Shown here: one piece after another, positions 38,524 through 49,352 of the stretch
Position numbering within the stretch: position 1 is the first letter of the stretch
How the letters are laid out: the number at the start of each line of letters is the position of its first letter
Origin: an uncultured Candidatus Saccharibacteria bacterium
GTDB taxonomy: Bacteria > Patescibacteriota > Saccharimonadia > Saccharimonadales > Saccharimonadaceae
Reading direction: 5' to 3'
Assembly: GCA_964523355.1 (NCBI GenBank)
Contig: CAZFZV010000001.1
Span: 2,213-66,212, forward strand
DNA: 64,000 bases
The notes under the pieces: generated by a model
Told to the model about the DNA's origin: nothing
Databases searched by the model: none
What the model saw: only the letters and a program-made list of their open reading frames with translations
Made by a program: the position numbers and the translations under genes

Positions 38524-39609
38524 ATGACTACGAAGACTAAGAAAACCACGAAGGCAGAAAGTTCAGCGGACGAATCAGGCAAGAAACAGGCGCTTGACCT
38601 CGCGATAGCGCAGATTACGAAGCAGTTTGGGGACGGTTCGATTATGAAATTGGGTGAGAGTCAGAAGATTGATGTCGAGTTGCTGCCGTCAGGCTCTCTG
38701 TCGTTGGATATGGCGCTCGGGGGTGGCTATCCGAAAGGGCGAATTATTGAGATTTATGGCCCAGAGTCTTCCGGTAAGACAACTCTGGCGCTGCACGCGA
38801 TTGCGGAAATTCAGAAGCAAGGCGGGCAGGCAGCGTTTATCGACGCCGAGCATGCTCTAGATCCGGCGTATGCGAAGAAAATTGGAGTGGATACGGATAA
38901 CCTGTTCATCTCGCAGCCGGATAATGGTGAGCAAGCATTGGAGATCTGCGAAACGTTGGTGCGAAGCGGAGCGGTGGATTTGATTGTGGTTGATTCGGTC
39001 GCAGCGCTGGTGCCGCAAGCTGAGATTGATGGCGATATGGGCGATGCGCAGATGGGTCTACAAGCGAGACTAATGTCGCAGGCGATGCGGAAATTAACTG
39101 GGATCATCTCAAAGAGCAAAGCGACGGTGATTTTCATCAATCAAATTCGCATGAAGATTGGGGTGATGTTTGGTAACCCAGAGACAACGACTGGCGGGAA
39201 CGCCTTGAAATTCTACGCGTCGGTGCGGATGGATATTCGCAGGATTGGACAGATTAAGGACGGAGATAACATTGCTGGTAACCGTACAAAAGTGAAGATT
39301 GTGAAAAATAAGATTGCGGCACCATTTCGGACGGCAGAGTTTGATATTATGTATAACGAGGGGATTAGTAAGTCAGGCGACGTGCTAGATTTAGCAATAC
39401 AGAAAGGGATTATCGATAAGGCTGGGGCGTTCCTAAAATATAATGGCGAAACGATTGCACAAGGACGCGAGGCGGCAAAGAAGTTATTTAAGGAAAAGCC
39501 GGAGCTGATGGAAGAGATTGACCATAAGGTTAGAGCGGCGGCAGGTTTGCTTGGGGATGAGGCGACGGCGATTGGGGCGCCAGAGGAAACCAGTAGCGAA
39601 GAAGAATAG
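38524..39609 (+). CDS. recA: Recombinase A
   Basis: [30 protein letters not shown]. Confidence 0.98.
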   Translation: MTTKTKKTTKAESSADESGKKQALDLAIAQITKQFGDGSIMKLGESQKIDVELLPSGSLSLDMALGGGYPKGRIIEIYGPESSGKTTLALHAIAEIQKQGGQAAFIDAEHALDPAYAKKIGVDTDNLFISQPDNGEQALEICETLVRSGAVDLIVVDSVAALVPQAEIDGDMGDAQMGLQARLMSQAMRKLTGIISKSKATVIFINQIRMKIGVMFGNPETTTGGNALKFYASVRMDIRRIGQIKDGDNIAGNRTKVKIVKNKIAAPFRTAEFDIMYNEGISKSGDVLDLAIQKGIIDKAGAFLKYNGETIAQGREAAKKLFKEKPELMEEIDHKVRAAAGLLGDEATAIGAPEETSSEEE

Positions 39610-39615
39610 GCAGGG

Positions 39616-40392
39616 ATGGGGCTGAAGATTGAGGGGCTAGGCGACGTTATAGAAGATAACGCAGGGGGCGCCGAGGCCGAGAATTGGTTGGACCAGTTTG
39701 TCGCTGAGCAAACATGCTTGCCACGAGTAACGAGGCTCACAGCTGGGGTACGCGATCCAAATCGAGTAAACGTGTTTCTTGATGGAAGGTTTGCGTTTTC
39801 GCTCGACGTCGCCCAAGTGGTAGAGCTTGGCGTCAAGGTCGACCAAGAACTCAGCCCTGAGCGCCTAAAAGAGTTGCAGGACGCGTCGGAGTTCGGAAAG
39901 TTATACCAGCGCACGCTGGAGTGGGTTTTGACGCGTCCACATTCGGTGCGCGAGACTCAAGATTACCTGCGTCGCCGGCAAATTAAACGCCGGCAGCTCA
40001 ATCGCCAACGTGAGCGCGAAGAGAAAAAACCATTTCCAGAATTAAGGAGCGATATGATGGAGCTGGTCGTCGAGCGATTGATCAATAAGGGTTATTTGAA
40101 CGACGAGAAATTTGCGGCATATTATATAGAGAACCGCTACGTACGGCGGGGAGTTAGCCACAGACGCCTGAAAGTTGAACTGCAGAAAAAAGGCGTGGAC
40201 CCGGAGATAATTAATCAACTATTGTCTCAAGAATCGCGCGATGAGAATGAAGAGATTATAAAAATGATTGCGAAGAAACGACGGAAATATGACGACAATA
40301 AACTAGTGAACTACCTCGTCAGGCAGGGATTTGGTTATCAGTTGGCGAAAGATGCAGTCGAGCGCTACAAAGAGGATAGTGTAGAAGAGTGA
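39616..40392 (+). CDS. recX: Regulatory protein RecX
   Basis: Immediately after recA; RPHSVRE, GYLNDEKFA, LKVELQKKGV, YLVRQGF. Confidence 0.9.
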   Translation: MGLKIEGLGDVIEDNAGGAEAENWLDQFVAEQTCLPRVTRLTAGVRDPNRVNVFLDGRFAFSLDVAQVVELGVKVDQELSPERLKELQDASEFGKLYQRTLEWVLTRPHSVRETQDYLRRRQIKRRQLNRQREREEKKPFPELRSDMMELVVERLINKGYLNDEKFAAYYIENRYVRRGVSHRRLKVELQKKGVDPEIINQLLSQESRDENEEIIKMIAKKRRKYDDNKLVNYLVRQGFGYQLAKDAVERYKEDSVEE

Positions 40393-40446
40393 GCTATGGT
40401 TGTTCTTAGGTTGCGTTGCTCTATGACGGCTCTTATGGCTGCTAGA

Positions 40447-41037
40447 TTATTCGGTCGATTTTGAGTTCGGGTCCGAGGCAAAATCTGGCTCACGGAAAGG
40501 ATTGATAAAGCTAGGGGTGAAGTTAGCTTGGGCTTCTTCCTTGATTTTAGCTTCGTTGTCTTTGACGGTCACTTTGTAATCATCAATTTCAATAATTTGA
40601 CTACGAGAAACAATTAACTCTGGGTCAATGAAAGCTTTGAGAAGCGGGCGCTGAACAATGAGCTGTTCGATCTGCCATGTTTCTGGGTTCGCAGTAGAAT
40701 CGGTCACTTTACCGAGTTTGGCGCCTTTTTTCGTCTCAACTTTGAGCCCGACGAGATTGAAGTTGAGCGCTAAAACATCGCGAATACGTACAATCTCTTC
40801 CGCATCAACTAGCTCGTCAGTCGAGTCAATAATGATGCCAAGGCGAGAGAACTCGCGGACGCTCGTCATCGGAAGAATATCACCGACTTCTTTGCCGACG
40901 AGCGGGCCATCGACGCGACAAGCAATGATTTTAAGGCTGTCAGGGTCAACTACTACTTCAGTAACAGTAGCAACTTTCCCTCCGACATGGAGGCTGAGGA
41001 TCGGGCAATTAATCAGGCGAGAAGTGTTGATAAGCAT
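40447..41037 (-). CDS. Tandem PRC-barrel domain protein
   Basis: Two PRC-like repeats (VTEVVVDP; VETKKGAKLGKV). Confidence 0.7.
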   Translation of the reverse strand: MLINTSRLINCPILSLHVGGKVATVTEVVVDPDSLKIIACRVDGPLVGKEVGDILPMTSVREFSRLGIIIDSTDELVDAEEIVRIRDVLALNFNLVGLKVETKKGAKLGKVTDSTANPETWQIEQLIVQRPLLKAFIDPELIVSRSQIIEIDDYKVTVKDNEAKIKEEAQANFTPSFINPFREPDFASDPNSKSTE

Positions 41038-41090
41038 AATTAATTATAGTATAGCACAGTTTACGATAAATGCATTAATCCTTACTCGGA

Positions 41091-42749
41091 TTAGCCGATT
41101 AGCGGTTTGCGCCAGCTGGCGGGATAATCTGGTAGTCCAAGTAGGAGCGCAATAGTGGCAGCGAGGTTAGTTAAACCAGGATTGCTTACGTCTTTGGCTG
41201 CAGTATACTTCTTGGCGTTCTTCGTATTGTCATAGAAAATACAAGGAACTGGATTGCTAGTATGGGAAGTTTTTGGAATGCCGTCTTTGTCGAGCAGCTC
41301 TTCGGCGTTGCCGTGGTCAGCTGTGATAATCATCATGCCACCCAGCTCGTCAACCTTTTTCGCAAGACGTGCGAGCTGAACGTCGATCGCTTCGAGCGCG
41401 ATAATCGTCGGCTGGAGCTCAGCAAAATGGCCCACCATATCACCGCCCGGATAGTTCAGGCGCACAAATTGGTACTGGTCAAGATTTTCGAGCACGGTAT
41501 CGGTAATCTCGGCGCTCTTCATCCAAGGACAAATATTAAACGGGCGAGTATCGGATTCAATCTCGATTTGTTTCTCGCCGGGAGCTTTTTTATAACTATT
41601 ACCATTAAAATAATATGTCACATGACCGAACTTAACGGTCTCGGAGATGGCAAGTTGGGAAATCTGATTCTGGCCCAGGAAAGTATTGAGCGGCGAATCG
41701 ATCGCAATCGGCGGGACGAGAATATGCTTCGGGATGTGGCGATCCGAGTCGTATTCAGTCAATCCGGCGAAGAAAATATCAGGTAATTTGCCACGATCAA
41801 ACTTGTCAAATTTCTCGGCTGTAAAAGCAGTCGCAATCTCGACAGCGCGATCGGCGCGGAAATCATAATAAATGAAAGCGTCGCCATCGCGTACGACACC
41901 TACCGGCCGAGCGCCACGTTTTGAATCAGCAACCGAACTCTTTGCGACTTCGGCACGCGCAGCAAGGGCAGAATTGGCTGCAGCATTCTCGACAACGATA
42001 AAGGCCGGCAAATATTGATCCTGGATACTTGGATCTTCGCGACGCAAAGTTTTAATCGCTTCGCTAGCAGACTTAAACTCACGCGGAGCTTTACCGCGAA
42101 CCATCATATCCCAGCCGAGTTTCACCATGTTCCAGTCGTTCTCATAGCGGTCAGCAGTAGCAACCATGCGACCAGCGCCGGAAGCGATACGAAAATCCGC
42201 ATCCTGGAACTTACTACAGAATTTTTCTAGACGTTCGATATATTTCGGCTCAGATTGCGGGGCAACATCACGGCCATCAAAGACACAATGAATACGAATA
42301 CGACGTACGCCGTCATCATAAGCACGCTGAATCATTTGTTCGAGATGTTTGATATCGCTATGGACCCCACCGTCAGAGAAAATACCACAAAAGTGTAAAG
42401 TTGGCTCTTTCCCTTTGCTCTCGGAAAGGAATTTCATTGCGCCGCGCCAAGCTTTGCTTTCCCAAATATCTCCGGTCGCGAAAGCGGCTTCAATTCCGGC
42501 AATTCCCTGCTTGATAATCTGACCAGCGCCAATGGCATTGTGCCCTACTTCTGAGTTCCCCATTTGACCGGGCATAATACCGACGGCTTCGCCGGAAGCA
42601 GCCAGCGGGATATTAAGATAATTCGCCATTGCGTAATCTAAGAATTCGGTATGCGCCTGGCGCACAGCGTTGCCGCTACGGGCGGTACGAAGACCGACGC
42701 CGTCTAAGATTGCTAAAACAATTGGACCATCATAATGTAACTTTTGCAT
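41091..42749 (-). CDS. gpmI: 2,3-bisphosphoglycerate-independent phosphoglycerate mutase
   Basis: ILDGVG, GNSEVGH, DGGVHS, ETVKFGHVTY, DMVGH, TADHGN. Confidence 0.95.
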   Translation of the reverse strand: MQKLHYDGPIVLAILDGVGLRTARSGNAVRQAHTEFLDYAMANYLNIPLAASGEAVGIMPGQMGNSEVGHNAIGAGQIIKQGIAGIEAAFATGDIWESKAWRGAMKFLSESKGKEPTLHFCGIFSDGGVHSDIKHLEQMIQRAYDDGVRRIRIHCVFDGRDVAPQSEPKYIERLEKFCSKFQDADFRIASGAGRMVATADRYENDWNMVKLGWDMMVRGKAPREFKSASEAIKTLRREDPSIQDQYLPAFIVVENAAANSALAARAEVAKSSVADSKRGARPVGVVRDGDAFIYYDFRADRAVEIATAFTAEKFDKFDRGKLPDIFFAGLTEYDSDRHIPKHILVPPIAIDSPLNTFLGQNQISQLAISETVKFGHVTYYFNGNSYKKAPGEKQIEIESDTRPFNICPWMKSAEITDTVLENLDQYQFVRLNYPGGDMVGHFAELQPTIIALEAIDVQLARLAKKVDELGGMMIITADHGNAEELLDKDGIPKTSHTSNPVPCIFYDNTKNAKKYTAAKDVSNPGLTNLAATIALLLGLPDYPASWRKPLIG

Positions 42750-42820
42750 GTTTTTATTATAGCACAACCAAAACCCACCCTATTGAATTAGGGTGGATTT
42801 GCGACCATAAACACGTAAGG

Positions 42821-43918
42821 CTATGGTTTCGGGACTTGTTGAGTAATACAGTGAATATTACCGCCACCAAGCAAAATCTCACGGGCGTAAATTGGTTCAA
42901 TTACTTTGTCTGGGAAGAGCTCTTGGAGAGTGTCGATTGCGGCTTGGTCGTGTTCGTCATTGAAAACTGGCAAGATAACAGCGCCATTACAGTTATAATA
43001 GTTCACATAACTGGCTGGCAAGCGATCGCCCTCGTTGCGCGGGAAAGTCCCTTCGACAACATCAACACCTTGAGATTCTTCAGCGGTAATCGTAATTGGA
43101 TTCGGAACATGGATTTTTACCACCTCAATTTTGCGACCTTTCGCATCGGTCTCGCTTTCGAGATAATCTAGCGCGGCTTTCGAGCGCTCGTATTGTGGAT
43201 CGTCTTCGTTGTCTTCCCAAGCTAAGACGACTTTGCCCGGCGCGACAAACTGACAAATGTTGTCAACATGGCCATTAGTATCTTCGTCCATATAGATGCC
43301 TTTTGGAATCCAGAGAACTTTCTCCGCACCAAGATATTCTTTGAGTTTTTCCTCGATTTGTTCTTTAGTCAAATCAGGATTTCTTCCTGGGTCGAGCAAG
43401 CATTCCTCGGTCGTCAGAATCGTGCCTTCGCCGTCGGAGTGGATTGAACCGCCCTCAAGAATGAACTCACGAACGCGATAAAAATCAACAGCCTCGACGT
43501 TTGCCATTTTTGCAGCAACGAGATCATCTTGATCCCACGGAAAATACAAACCATTGACGAGACCACCCCACGCATTAAAGCCAAAATCATTTGCTCGCAA
43601 CCCACCTCGGCCATTAATGACGAAAGTTGCGCCACAGTCACGGATCCATGAGTCATTATTGGTCATTTCAATGACTTGAATGTTTGGCATGTTAAGATCA
43701 AGTGCGATAGGATATTCGCGCGGGCTAGCACACATGACTACCGGCTCATATTTAGCAATCGTACGGGCAACTTCACAGAACACATGTTCAGCTTTTTCAG
43801 CATTAAAACGCCAGTTATCGCCACGTTCAGGCCAGAGCATATACGTACAGCGGTGCTCGGCGAGCTCAGACGGCATATAGTAGCCATCTTGCTTCGGCGT
43901 AGAAGTTGTAATTTTCAT
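42821..43918 (-). CDS. aguA: Agmatine deiminase
   Basis: WIRDCG, LEGGSIH, DTNGHVDN, GGGNIHCITQQ. Confidence 0.93.
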   Translation of the reverse strand: MKITTSTPKQDGYYMPSELAEHRCTYMLWPERGDNWRFNAEKAEHVFCEVARTIAKYEPVVMCASPREYPIALDLNMPNIQVIEMTNNDSWIRDCGATFVINGRGGLRANDFGFNAWGGLVNGLYFPWDQDDLVAAKMANVEAVDFYRVREFILEGGSIHSDGEGTILTTEECLLDPGRNPDLTKEQIEEKLKEYLGAEKVLWIPKGIYMDEDTNGHVDNICQFVAPGKVVLAWEDNEDDPQYERSKAALDYLESETDAKGRKIEVVKIHVPNPITITAEESQGVDVVEGTFPRNEGDRLPASYVNYYNCNGAVILPVFNDEHDQAAIDTLQELFPDKVIEPIYAREILLGGGNIHCITQQVPKP

Positions 43919-43920
43919 TA

Positions 43921-45366
43921 TTATGCCTCCTCGGTAATTTGTTTGGTAGTTGTATTTTTATTACGGCGTACATTAACCATAATCTCGCCAATAATAACCG
44001 CAATACAAACTCCGGTAATAAGTGGCCATTGATATTCAAACATTTCGAGATTGAACTCAGGGAAGAGAGTAAAGAATAACGCAATAAGCAATAGTATAAA
44101 TGGCACGAAGCTATATAATGCAATCTTGGCCTTTCCGCCCTCAATCCAAAAACCATTCTTAGTAGCAGGGCCTTGACGGTGTAGCTTCCAGAAAGCGAGG
44201 AACATTGGAAGATAGACAAGTAAAAGACAGACGAGGCTAAGCGAGAAGAAAGTCCAGAATAAGTTGGTAATATCTTCGCTAACAAATTCGGCGCAAAGAA
44301 TACCAGCGACAGAGATAATCGTAGCGATTACACCAGTCCAAATTGAAACGACGTAGGGTACACCATCTTTGTTGCGTTTTGCCCAGGATTTCGGAAAAGT
44401 TCCATCTTCGGCAGCATACGCAATCACTGAGTTGACACCAAAATTCCAAGCGGCAATATTGGTAATCAGAGTATAGATAAATAATCCACCAACAACGACA
44501 ATGATGGCTTGAATTGCACCAGCAGTCAGACCGACGCTTTCGAGTAAAATTTGATACGAATCGAGCAAACCAGTGTCAGTACTGAGCTCTTCGACCGGAA
44601 TTGCAACACCAATGCCGAAACTTGGTAAAAGATAAAAAATTGCGATTAAGATGCCGCCATAAATAATGGCTTTAGGGATTTGCTTTTTGGGGTTTTCTAG
44701 GTCATCAGCAAAGGTAGAAACTACTTCAAATCCAAGCATATTAAAGATAATGAGCGATACAAAACCGAGACCAGCTAAGTCAATGCCACCATTCTCCCCG
44801 ACAAGCGGGAGAAGATCGCCAATAGAATTAATCGGGTTTGCGGTACCACGAGTGACTAAAATATAGATCCCGAGTCCACCAAGGCCTGCCATAAAGATAA
44901 ATTTAGCAATAGCACCGACATTAGCCAAGACGTCACTTTGCGACATACGCAAACACCCTAAAACGCTCACAAGGACGATGTAGAAAACTTGAATCGCCAG
45001 GATTAGCGGCCAAGTCATTTCAAAACCAAGCATTTGCATAAGATAGGTTGTGACAAGGTCGGCAAGTGACGCAATCCAGAGCGGATAGTTTACCCAGTAG
45101 AACCAAGCCACACGTCCAGCCCATTTTTCACCAAAGGCCTTTTTCACCCAAGTGTAGAGACCACCTTCAGACGGATACTGGGTGCCAAGTTCAGCCGAAA
45201 TCAAACCGTAGGGGATGAAGAAGCCCAAAATCATAATTATCCACCAAACGTACTGCGAATTGCCAATGGACGCAGTAGGTGCGACAGCATCACCGACAAG
45301 AATGATACAGACAGTAGCGAGTACGGCGCTAAACAGCCTGAATTTATATTTATGTTTTTTAGGCAT
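43921..45366 (-). CDS. aguD: APC-family permease, likely agmatine/putrescine antiporter
   Basis: About 12 TM helices; EGGLYTWV, GFEV; lies between aguB and aguA. Confidence 0.8.
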   Translation of the reverse strand: MPKKHKYKFRLFSAVLATVCIILVGDAVAPTASIGNSQYVWWIIMILGFFIPYGLISAELGTQYPSEGGLYTWVKKAFGEKWAGRVAWFYWVNYPLWIASLADLVTTYLMQMLGFEMTWPLILAIQVFYIVLVSVLGCLRMSQSDVLANVGAIAKFIFMAGLGGLGIYILVTRGTANPINSIGDLLPLVGENGGIDLAGLGFVSLIIFNMLGFEVVSTFADDLENPKKQIPKAIIYGGILIAIFYLLPSFGIGVAIPVEELSTDTGLLDSYQILLESVGLTAGAIQAIIVVVGGLFIYTLITNIAAWNFGVNSVIAYAAEDGTFPKSWAKRNKDGVPYVVSIWTGVIATIISVAGILCAEFVSEDITNLFWTFFSLSLVCLLLVYLPMFLAFWKLHRQGPATKNGFWIEGGKAKIALYSFVPFILLLIALFFTLFPEFNLEMFEYQWPLITGVCIAVIIGEIMVNVRRNKNTTTKQITEEA

Positions 45367-46381
45367 TATTTTCCTCCTTTGCCTTTATAATATCAAGCGC
45401 TGCTTGAGCTTTGCCACTGAAGTAAAGCAATAAACCACGTTGCGCTGTCAAACGATTTTCAGCTTCGTCCCAAGCGACAGAATGTGGGCCATCAAGGACG
45501 CTATTAGTCACCTCTTCATTGCGATTTGCGGGGAGACAATGCATAAATTTCACGTTCGGATTGCCGGTCAGAGCAAGCATTTCATCGTTAACTTGGTACT
45601 TCGGGTAGAATTCGCGCATGTAGACTTCTTTCGGCGTTTCCTTGTCATAAAGTCCGTACCAAACATCAGTATAGATAAAATCAGCGCCCTCAAGGTATGC
45701 CGGATTGTCAGTCACATGGACGCTACCGCCATACATTTGGTTATTAGCGCGACCAATCTTCAAGAAGTCGTCGCTGAGCCACTTCGCAGGAGGGCCGTAT
45801 TGAATGAAGTTCATGCCCATCTTAGTCGTAATCATCATCAAAGAAGCACAAACTTGGGTACAATCACCCGCAAAAACGACCTTGACCTTGTTCCAGGGTT
45901 TGTCTTGGGAGAGGTGATCGAAAATCGTGATAATATCGCCGAGTTCTTGCGTAGGGTGGTTGTAATCCGACATACCATTAATGACGGGAACACTTGAGCG
46001 AGCGGCAAGTTCAAGCACGCTCTCGTGGCGGTCGACGCGCGCCATAATCAGATCACACATGCGGCTCAATACTTCAGCAGTATCACCAATGGTTTCATGC
46101 GCGCCAAGCTGAATCGCACCAGGAGCGAGATTGAGCGCATGACCACCAAGCTGCTCCATGCCAACCTCAAATGAAACGCGAGTGCGAGTGGATTTTTGCT
46201 CGAACAACATCGCAAGATTCTTGTGGTAAAGCGTATCTAGCGTACCGCCCGATTTGATATAATCACGTACGACCGTCGACACTTTAACCATATCAAGAAT
46301 TTCCGATTGGTCAAAATCGGAAGTGTCGATATAGTCCTTGTGCGTCGGGGTCTTGTGGGTTAAAACATAAGGGTTATCCAT
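45359..46381 (-). CDS. aguB: Putrescine carbamoyltransferase
   Basis: STRTR, HPTQ, HCLP; DVWYGLY loop characteristic of putrescine (not ornithine) transcarbamylase. Confidence 0.88.
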   Translation of the reverse strand: MDNPYVLTHKTPTHKDYIDTSDFDQSEILDMVKVSTVVRDYIKSGGTLDTLYHKNLAMLFEQKSTRTRVSFEVGMEQLGGHALNLAPGAIQLGAHETIGDTAEVLSRMCDLIMARVDRHESVLELAARSSVPVINGMSDYNHPTQELGDIITIFDHLSQDKPWNKVKVVFAGDCTQVCASLMMITTKMGMNFIQYGPPAKWLSDDFLKIGRANNQMYGGSVHVTDNPAYLEGADFIYTDVWYGLYDKETPKEVYMREFYPKYQVNDEMLALTGNPNVKFMHCLPANRNEEVTNSVLDGPHSVAWDEAENRLTAQRGLLLYFSGKAQAALDIIKAKEENNA

Positions 46382-46396
46382 ATGTATATTATATGG

Positions 46397-47458
46397 CTAA
46401 CGCTTAATCTTCGCAAGATGCTCCTTGGCTTTCGCAGTGACAGCACGGCCACGCGGCGTGCGCTCAATCAGGCCAAGCTGCAACATGTACGGCTCATAAT
46501 AATCTTCAATCGTGGCAGCTTCGTCTCCGGTCAGAGCGGCGATGGTATTAAGACCAACCGGGCGGCTACCATAATTCTCCAGCATGAGCTCAAGCATGTT
46601 GCGATCAGCGGGGTCAAGCCCGAGATCGTCAATCTCCATCATTTCGAGGGCGGAGCGAGCGAGATCAACATCAATAAAACCATCACCATTCACGTCAGCA
46701 TAATCACGCACGCGTTTCGTAAGACGATTCGCGATACGTGGCGTGAGGCGCGAGCGCGTAGCGAGGAGGTTTGTAGCTTCCGGAGCAATACCGGTGCCGA
46801 GTAGACTAGCGGTGCGAGAAATAATGCGTTCGATTTCTGGAATCTTGTAATACTCAAGGCGATGAATGAGCCCAAAACGATCGCGGAGCGGACCGGCGAG
46901 CGAGCCGGTGCGAGTAGTGGCGCCAATAACTGTGAATTTTGGCAAGTCGAGACGCACCGAGCGCGCGGCGGGACCTTTACCGATCACGATGTCGAGCTTG
47001 TAGTCCTCCATCGCGGAATAAAGGATCTCTTCAACAGCGCGACGCAAACGATGAATTTCATCAATAAAAAGCACGTCGCCATTCTGGAGATTAGTGAGGA
47101 TAGAAGCAAGATCGCCGGCGCGCTCAATCGCGGGGCCAGACGTGACACGGAGATTAGCACCCATTTCGCGCGCGATGACATTCGCCATCGTAGTCTTCCC
47201 TAGCCCCGGAGGGCCATAGAGCAAGACGTGATCTAGCGCCGTACCGTCATCGCGTTTTTTCACAGCGTCAATAGCGAGCTTGAGATTCGTTTTCAATCTT
47301 TCCTGTCCGATATAATCTGCGAAAGTTAGTGGACGTAAGGTTGCTTCTTCATTTTGCTCGGCAAGATTGCCGCCATCTAGACTAGAGTCGACTAGGCGGT
47401 GGTGTTCTTTCGGCTGCTTCGCGGATTTGGCGTTATCAACACTTCTTTCAATTCCCAT
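46397..47458 (-). CDS. ruvB: Holliday junction branch migration helicase
   Basis: [31 protein letters not shown]. Confidence 0.97.
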   Translation of the reverse strand: MGIERSVDNAKSAKQPKEHHRLVDSSLDGGNLAEQNEEATLRPLTFADYIGQERLKTNLKLAIDAVKKRDDGTALDHVLLYGPPGLGKTTMANVIAREMGANLRVTSGPAIERAGDLASILTNLQNGDVLFIDEIHRLRRAVEEILYSAMEDYKLDIVIGKGPAARSVRLDLPKFTVIGATTRTGSLAGPLRDRFGLIHRLEYYKIPEIERIISRTASLLGTGIAPEATNLLATRSRLTPRIANRLTKRVRDYADVNGDGFIDVDLARSALEMMEIDDLGLDPADRNMLELMLENYGSRPVGLNTIAALTGDEAATIEDYYEPYMLQLGLIERTPRGRAVTAKAKEHLAKIKR

Positions 47459-47520
47459 TACTCTATAATTATAACACCAAAAAGAGGCAGCAGCGCTACC
47501 TCTTTGTCATAGACTATAGT

Positions 47521-48066
47521 CTAGTAGTTCTCAGCGCGGATTTCAAAGAAAGCGCGAGGATGAGCGCAAACTGGGCAGACTTCTGGCGCTTCTTCACCAG
47601 TGAAGACGTAGCCACAATTACGACACTTCCAAACTGTCACATCATTGCCCTTAAAGACAACGTCGTGCTCAACTTCGTTGTGGAGCTTCAAATAGCGCGC
47701 TTCGTGTTCTTTCTCGATAGCGGCGACTTGCTCGAATTTTGTAGCGATATCATCATAACCTTCTTCACGAGCTTCGCGAGCGAAATCTTCGTACATGGTC
47801 GTCCATTCATAATTTTCGCCCTTAGCGGCGGCTTCGAGATTGTCAGCAGTTGGACCAACTTCGCCATCGTGGAGCAATTTGTACCAAATCTTCGCGTGTT
47901 CTTTCTCATTGTGTGAGGTTTCGTCGAAGATGCTACTGATTTGCTCGTAACCGTCTTTTTTCGCGCGCGATGCAAAATATTGGTACTTAATCGCAGCCTG
48001 CGATTCACCGGCAAAAGCGGACTCGAGATTTTTCCAAGTTTTACTATTTTGGTCTAATTGTGCCAT
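47521..48066 (-). CDS. rbr: Rubrerythrin
   Basis: AFAGES, NEKEHA, EKEH, CRNC...CPVC rubredoxin domain. Confidence 0.93.
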   Translation of the reverse strand: MAQLDQNSKTWKNLESAFAGESQAAIKYQYFASRAKKDGYEQISSIFDETSHNEKEHAKIWYKLLHDGEVGPTADNLEAAAKGENYEWTTMYEDFAREAREEGYDDIATKFEQVAAIEKEHEARYLKLHNEVEHDVVFKGNDVTVWKCRNCGYVFTGEEAPEVCPVCAHPRAFFEIRAENY

Positions 48067-48106
48067 ATGTATTAACTCCTTTTATCTTCCGTATTATTAT
48101 AGCACA

Positions 48107-49348
48107 TTACTCGGAGAGCGTGCCATTGTTGGGGCAAGTGCCGCTCTCTGTCCAGCAGTTATAAGTGATCCAGAAATTTTTCCAAAGTTTCGAGTCCGAA
48201 TCGCCATCCAGCTCAGCGGCGAATTGCGGATACGGGAAGTAACTGTCGACTGGATCAAGACGAGTCTCGACGCGACGATAGAGCTGGTTAGCGCGACCGG
48301 TGGAGTCGACGCTGATTTGGGCGCCTTTGAAACCAATAACCTCGTTGCTACTGTTGTACATGGTAACTACAAAATCAGAAACAACGCCACCATACGGCAT
48401 GGACACAATAAGTAGAGCGTTGCCGGAAGCAGGTAGTTGGTTGTCTACTTGGAGATCTACGTTGCAGGCAAAATCACCTTTACTGCAGCTAATGAGGAAA
48501 GGCTCGTTACGAGTAGTGTCGTCATTGCTCCCTGCCTTATGCGTGGCATTAGAATTACCTGCTCTTTGAATCTCATTCCACGTGATCGTATTTGTTGATT
48601 TATCAACGTTAGTCTCGCCAGGCAAGAGTATCATTGTATCATAATTTTGGCTAGTGCTATTATTAAAATCGCTAATACTAAACTGTTCGTCGTCGGTATA
48701 AAGGAGGGTTAATGAGATGACAGGGATATCCGACGTAGAACCTTGAGGACGTAGGGCTTTATCCTTATAGAGCTTTAGAGTCTCAATATCAGTACCATTG
48801 TTTTCGGAAAACCATTTAAACTCCACTCGTGCCACGCTCCTAAGATCTGCGCCGTCAATGCCGAGCGGAACAACACGTACCCGAGTATCATTAGTTAACG
48901 TAGAGCGGTAATCCTCGACTTCGCGAGACATTGTGATACACGTATAGGCTTGATCGGTCGTAGTTTCTTGGCCTTTACCGACTACACTGCTACTTTCCTG
49001 AATCTTAATCTCGCCTTCGGTTTGATAGCCAAGAACCTGCTTTAAATGTGAGCCAAGGGCACTGTTGAAACTAGAACAGTCTGCGTCAAATGGTTCAACA
49101 CAGTTTGTGCCTCCTTTATTCAAACAGTCATAATACTTGTTAACAGCTCGCTTCGCGTCTTCAACGCCAGCGAGAGCGGAGTCATATGCAGATTGCGAAA
49201 GCTCGTCATCGCCGCTCTGCCGGGCTTCAGATAGAATAATGCGTACGAAGCTTAAAGTAATCACACCAAACAAAATCGTAGCAAACACGACTGCATAAAG
49301 CGAAGCAACACCTTTTTTTGACCCAGATAACATCCGCATTTTCCTCAT
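48107..49348 (-). CDS. PilX-like minor pilin
   Basis: KKG|VASLYAVVF prepilin site without E5; SQSAYDSALAGVEDA. Confidence 0.75.
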   Translation of the reverse strand: MRKMRMLSGSKKGVASLYAVVFATILFGVITLSFVRIILSEARQSGDDELSQSAYDSALAGVEDAKRAVNKYYDCLNKGGTNCVEPFDADCSSFNSALGSHLKQVLGYQTEGEIKIQESSSVVGKGQETTTDQAYTCITMSREVEDYRSTLTNDTRVRVVPLGIDGADLRSVARVEFKWFSENNGTDIETLKLYKDKALRPQGSTSDIPVISLTLLYTDDEQFSISDFNNSTSQNYDTMILLPGETNVDKSTNTITWNEIQRAGNSNATHKAGSNDDTTRNEPFLISCSKGDFACNVDLQVDNQLPASGNALLIVSMPYGGVVSDFVVTMYNSSNEVIGFKGAQISVDSTGRANQLYRRVETRLDPVDSYFPYPQFAAELDGDSDSKLWKNFWITYNCWTESGTCPNNGTLSE

Positions 49349-49352
49349 TCTC

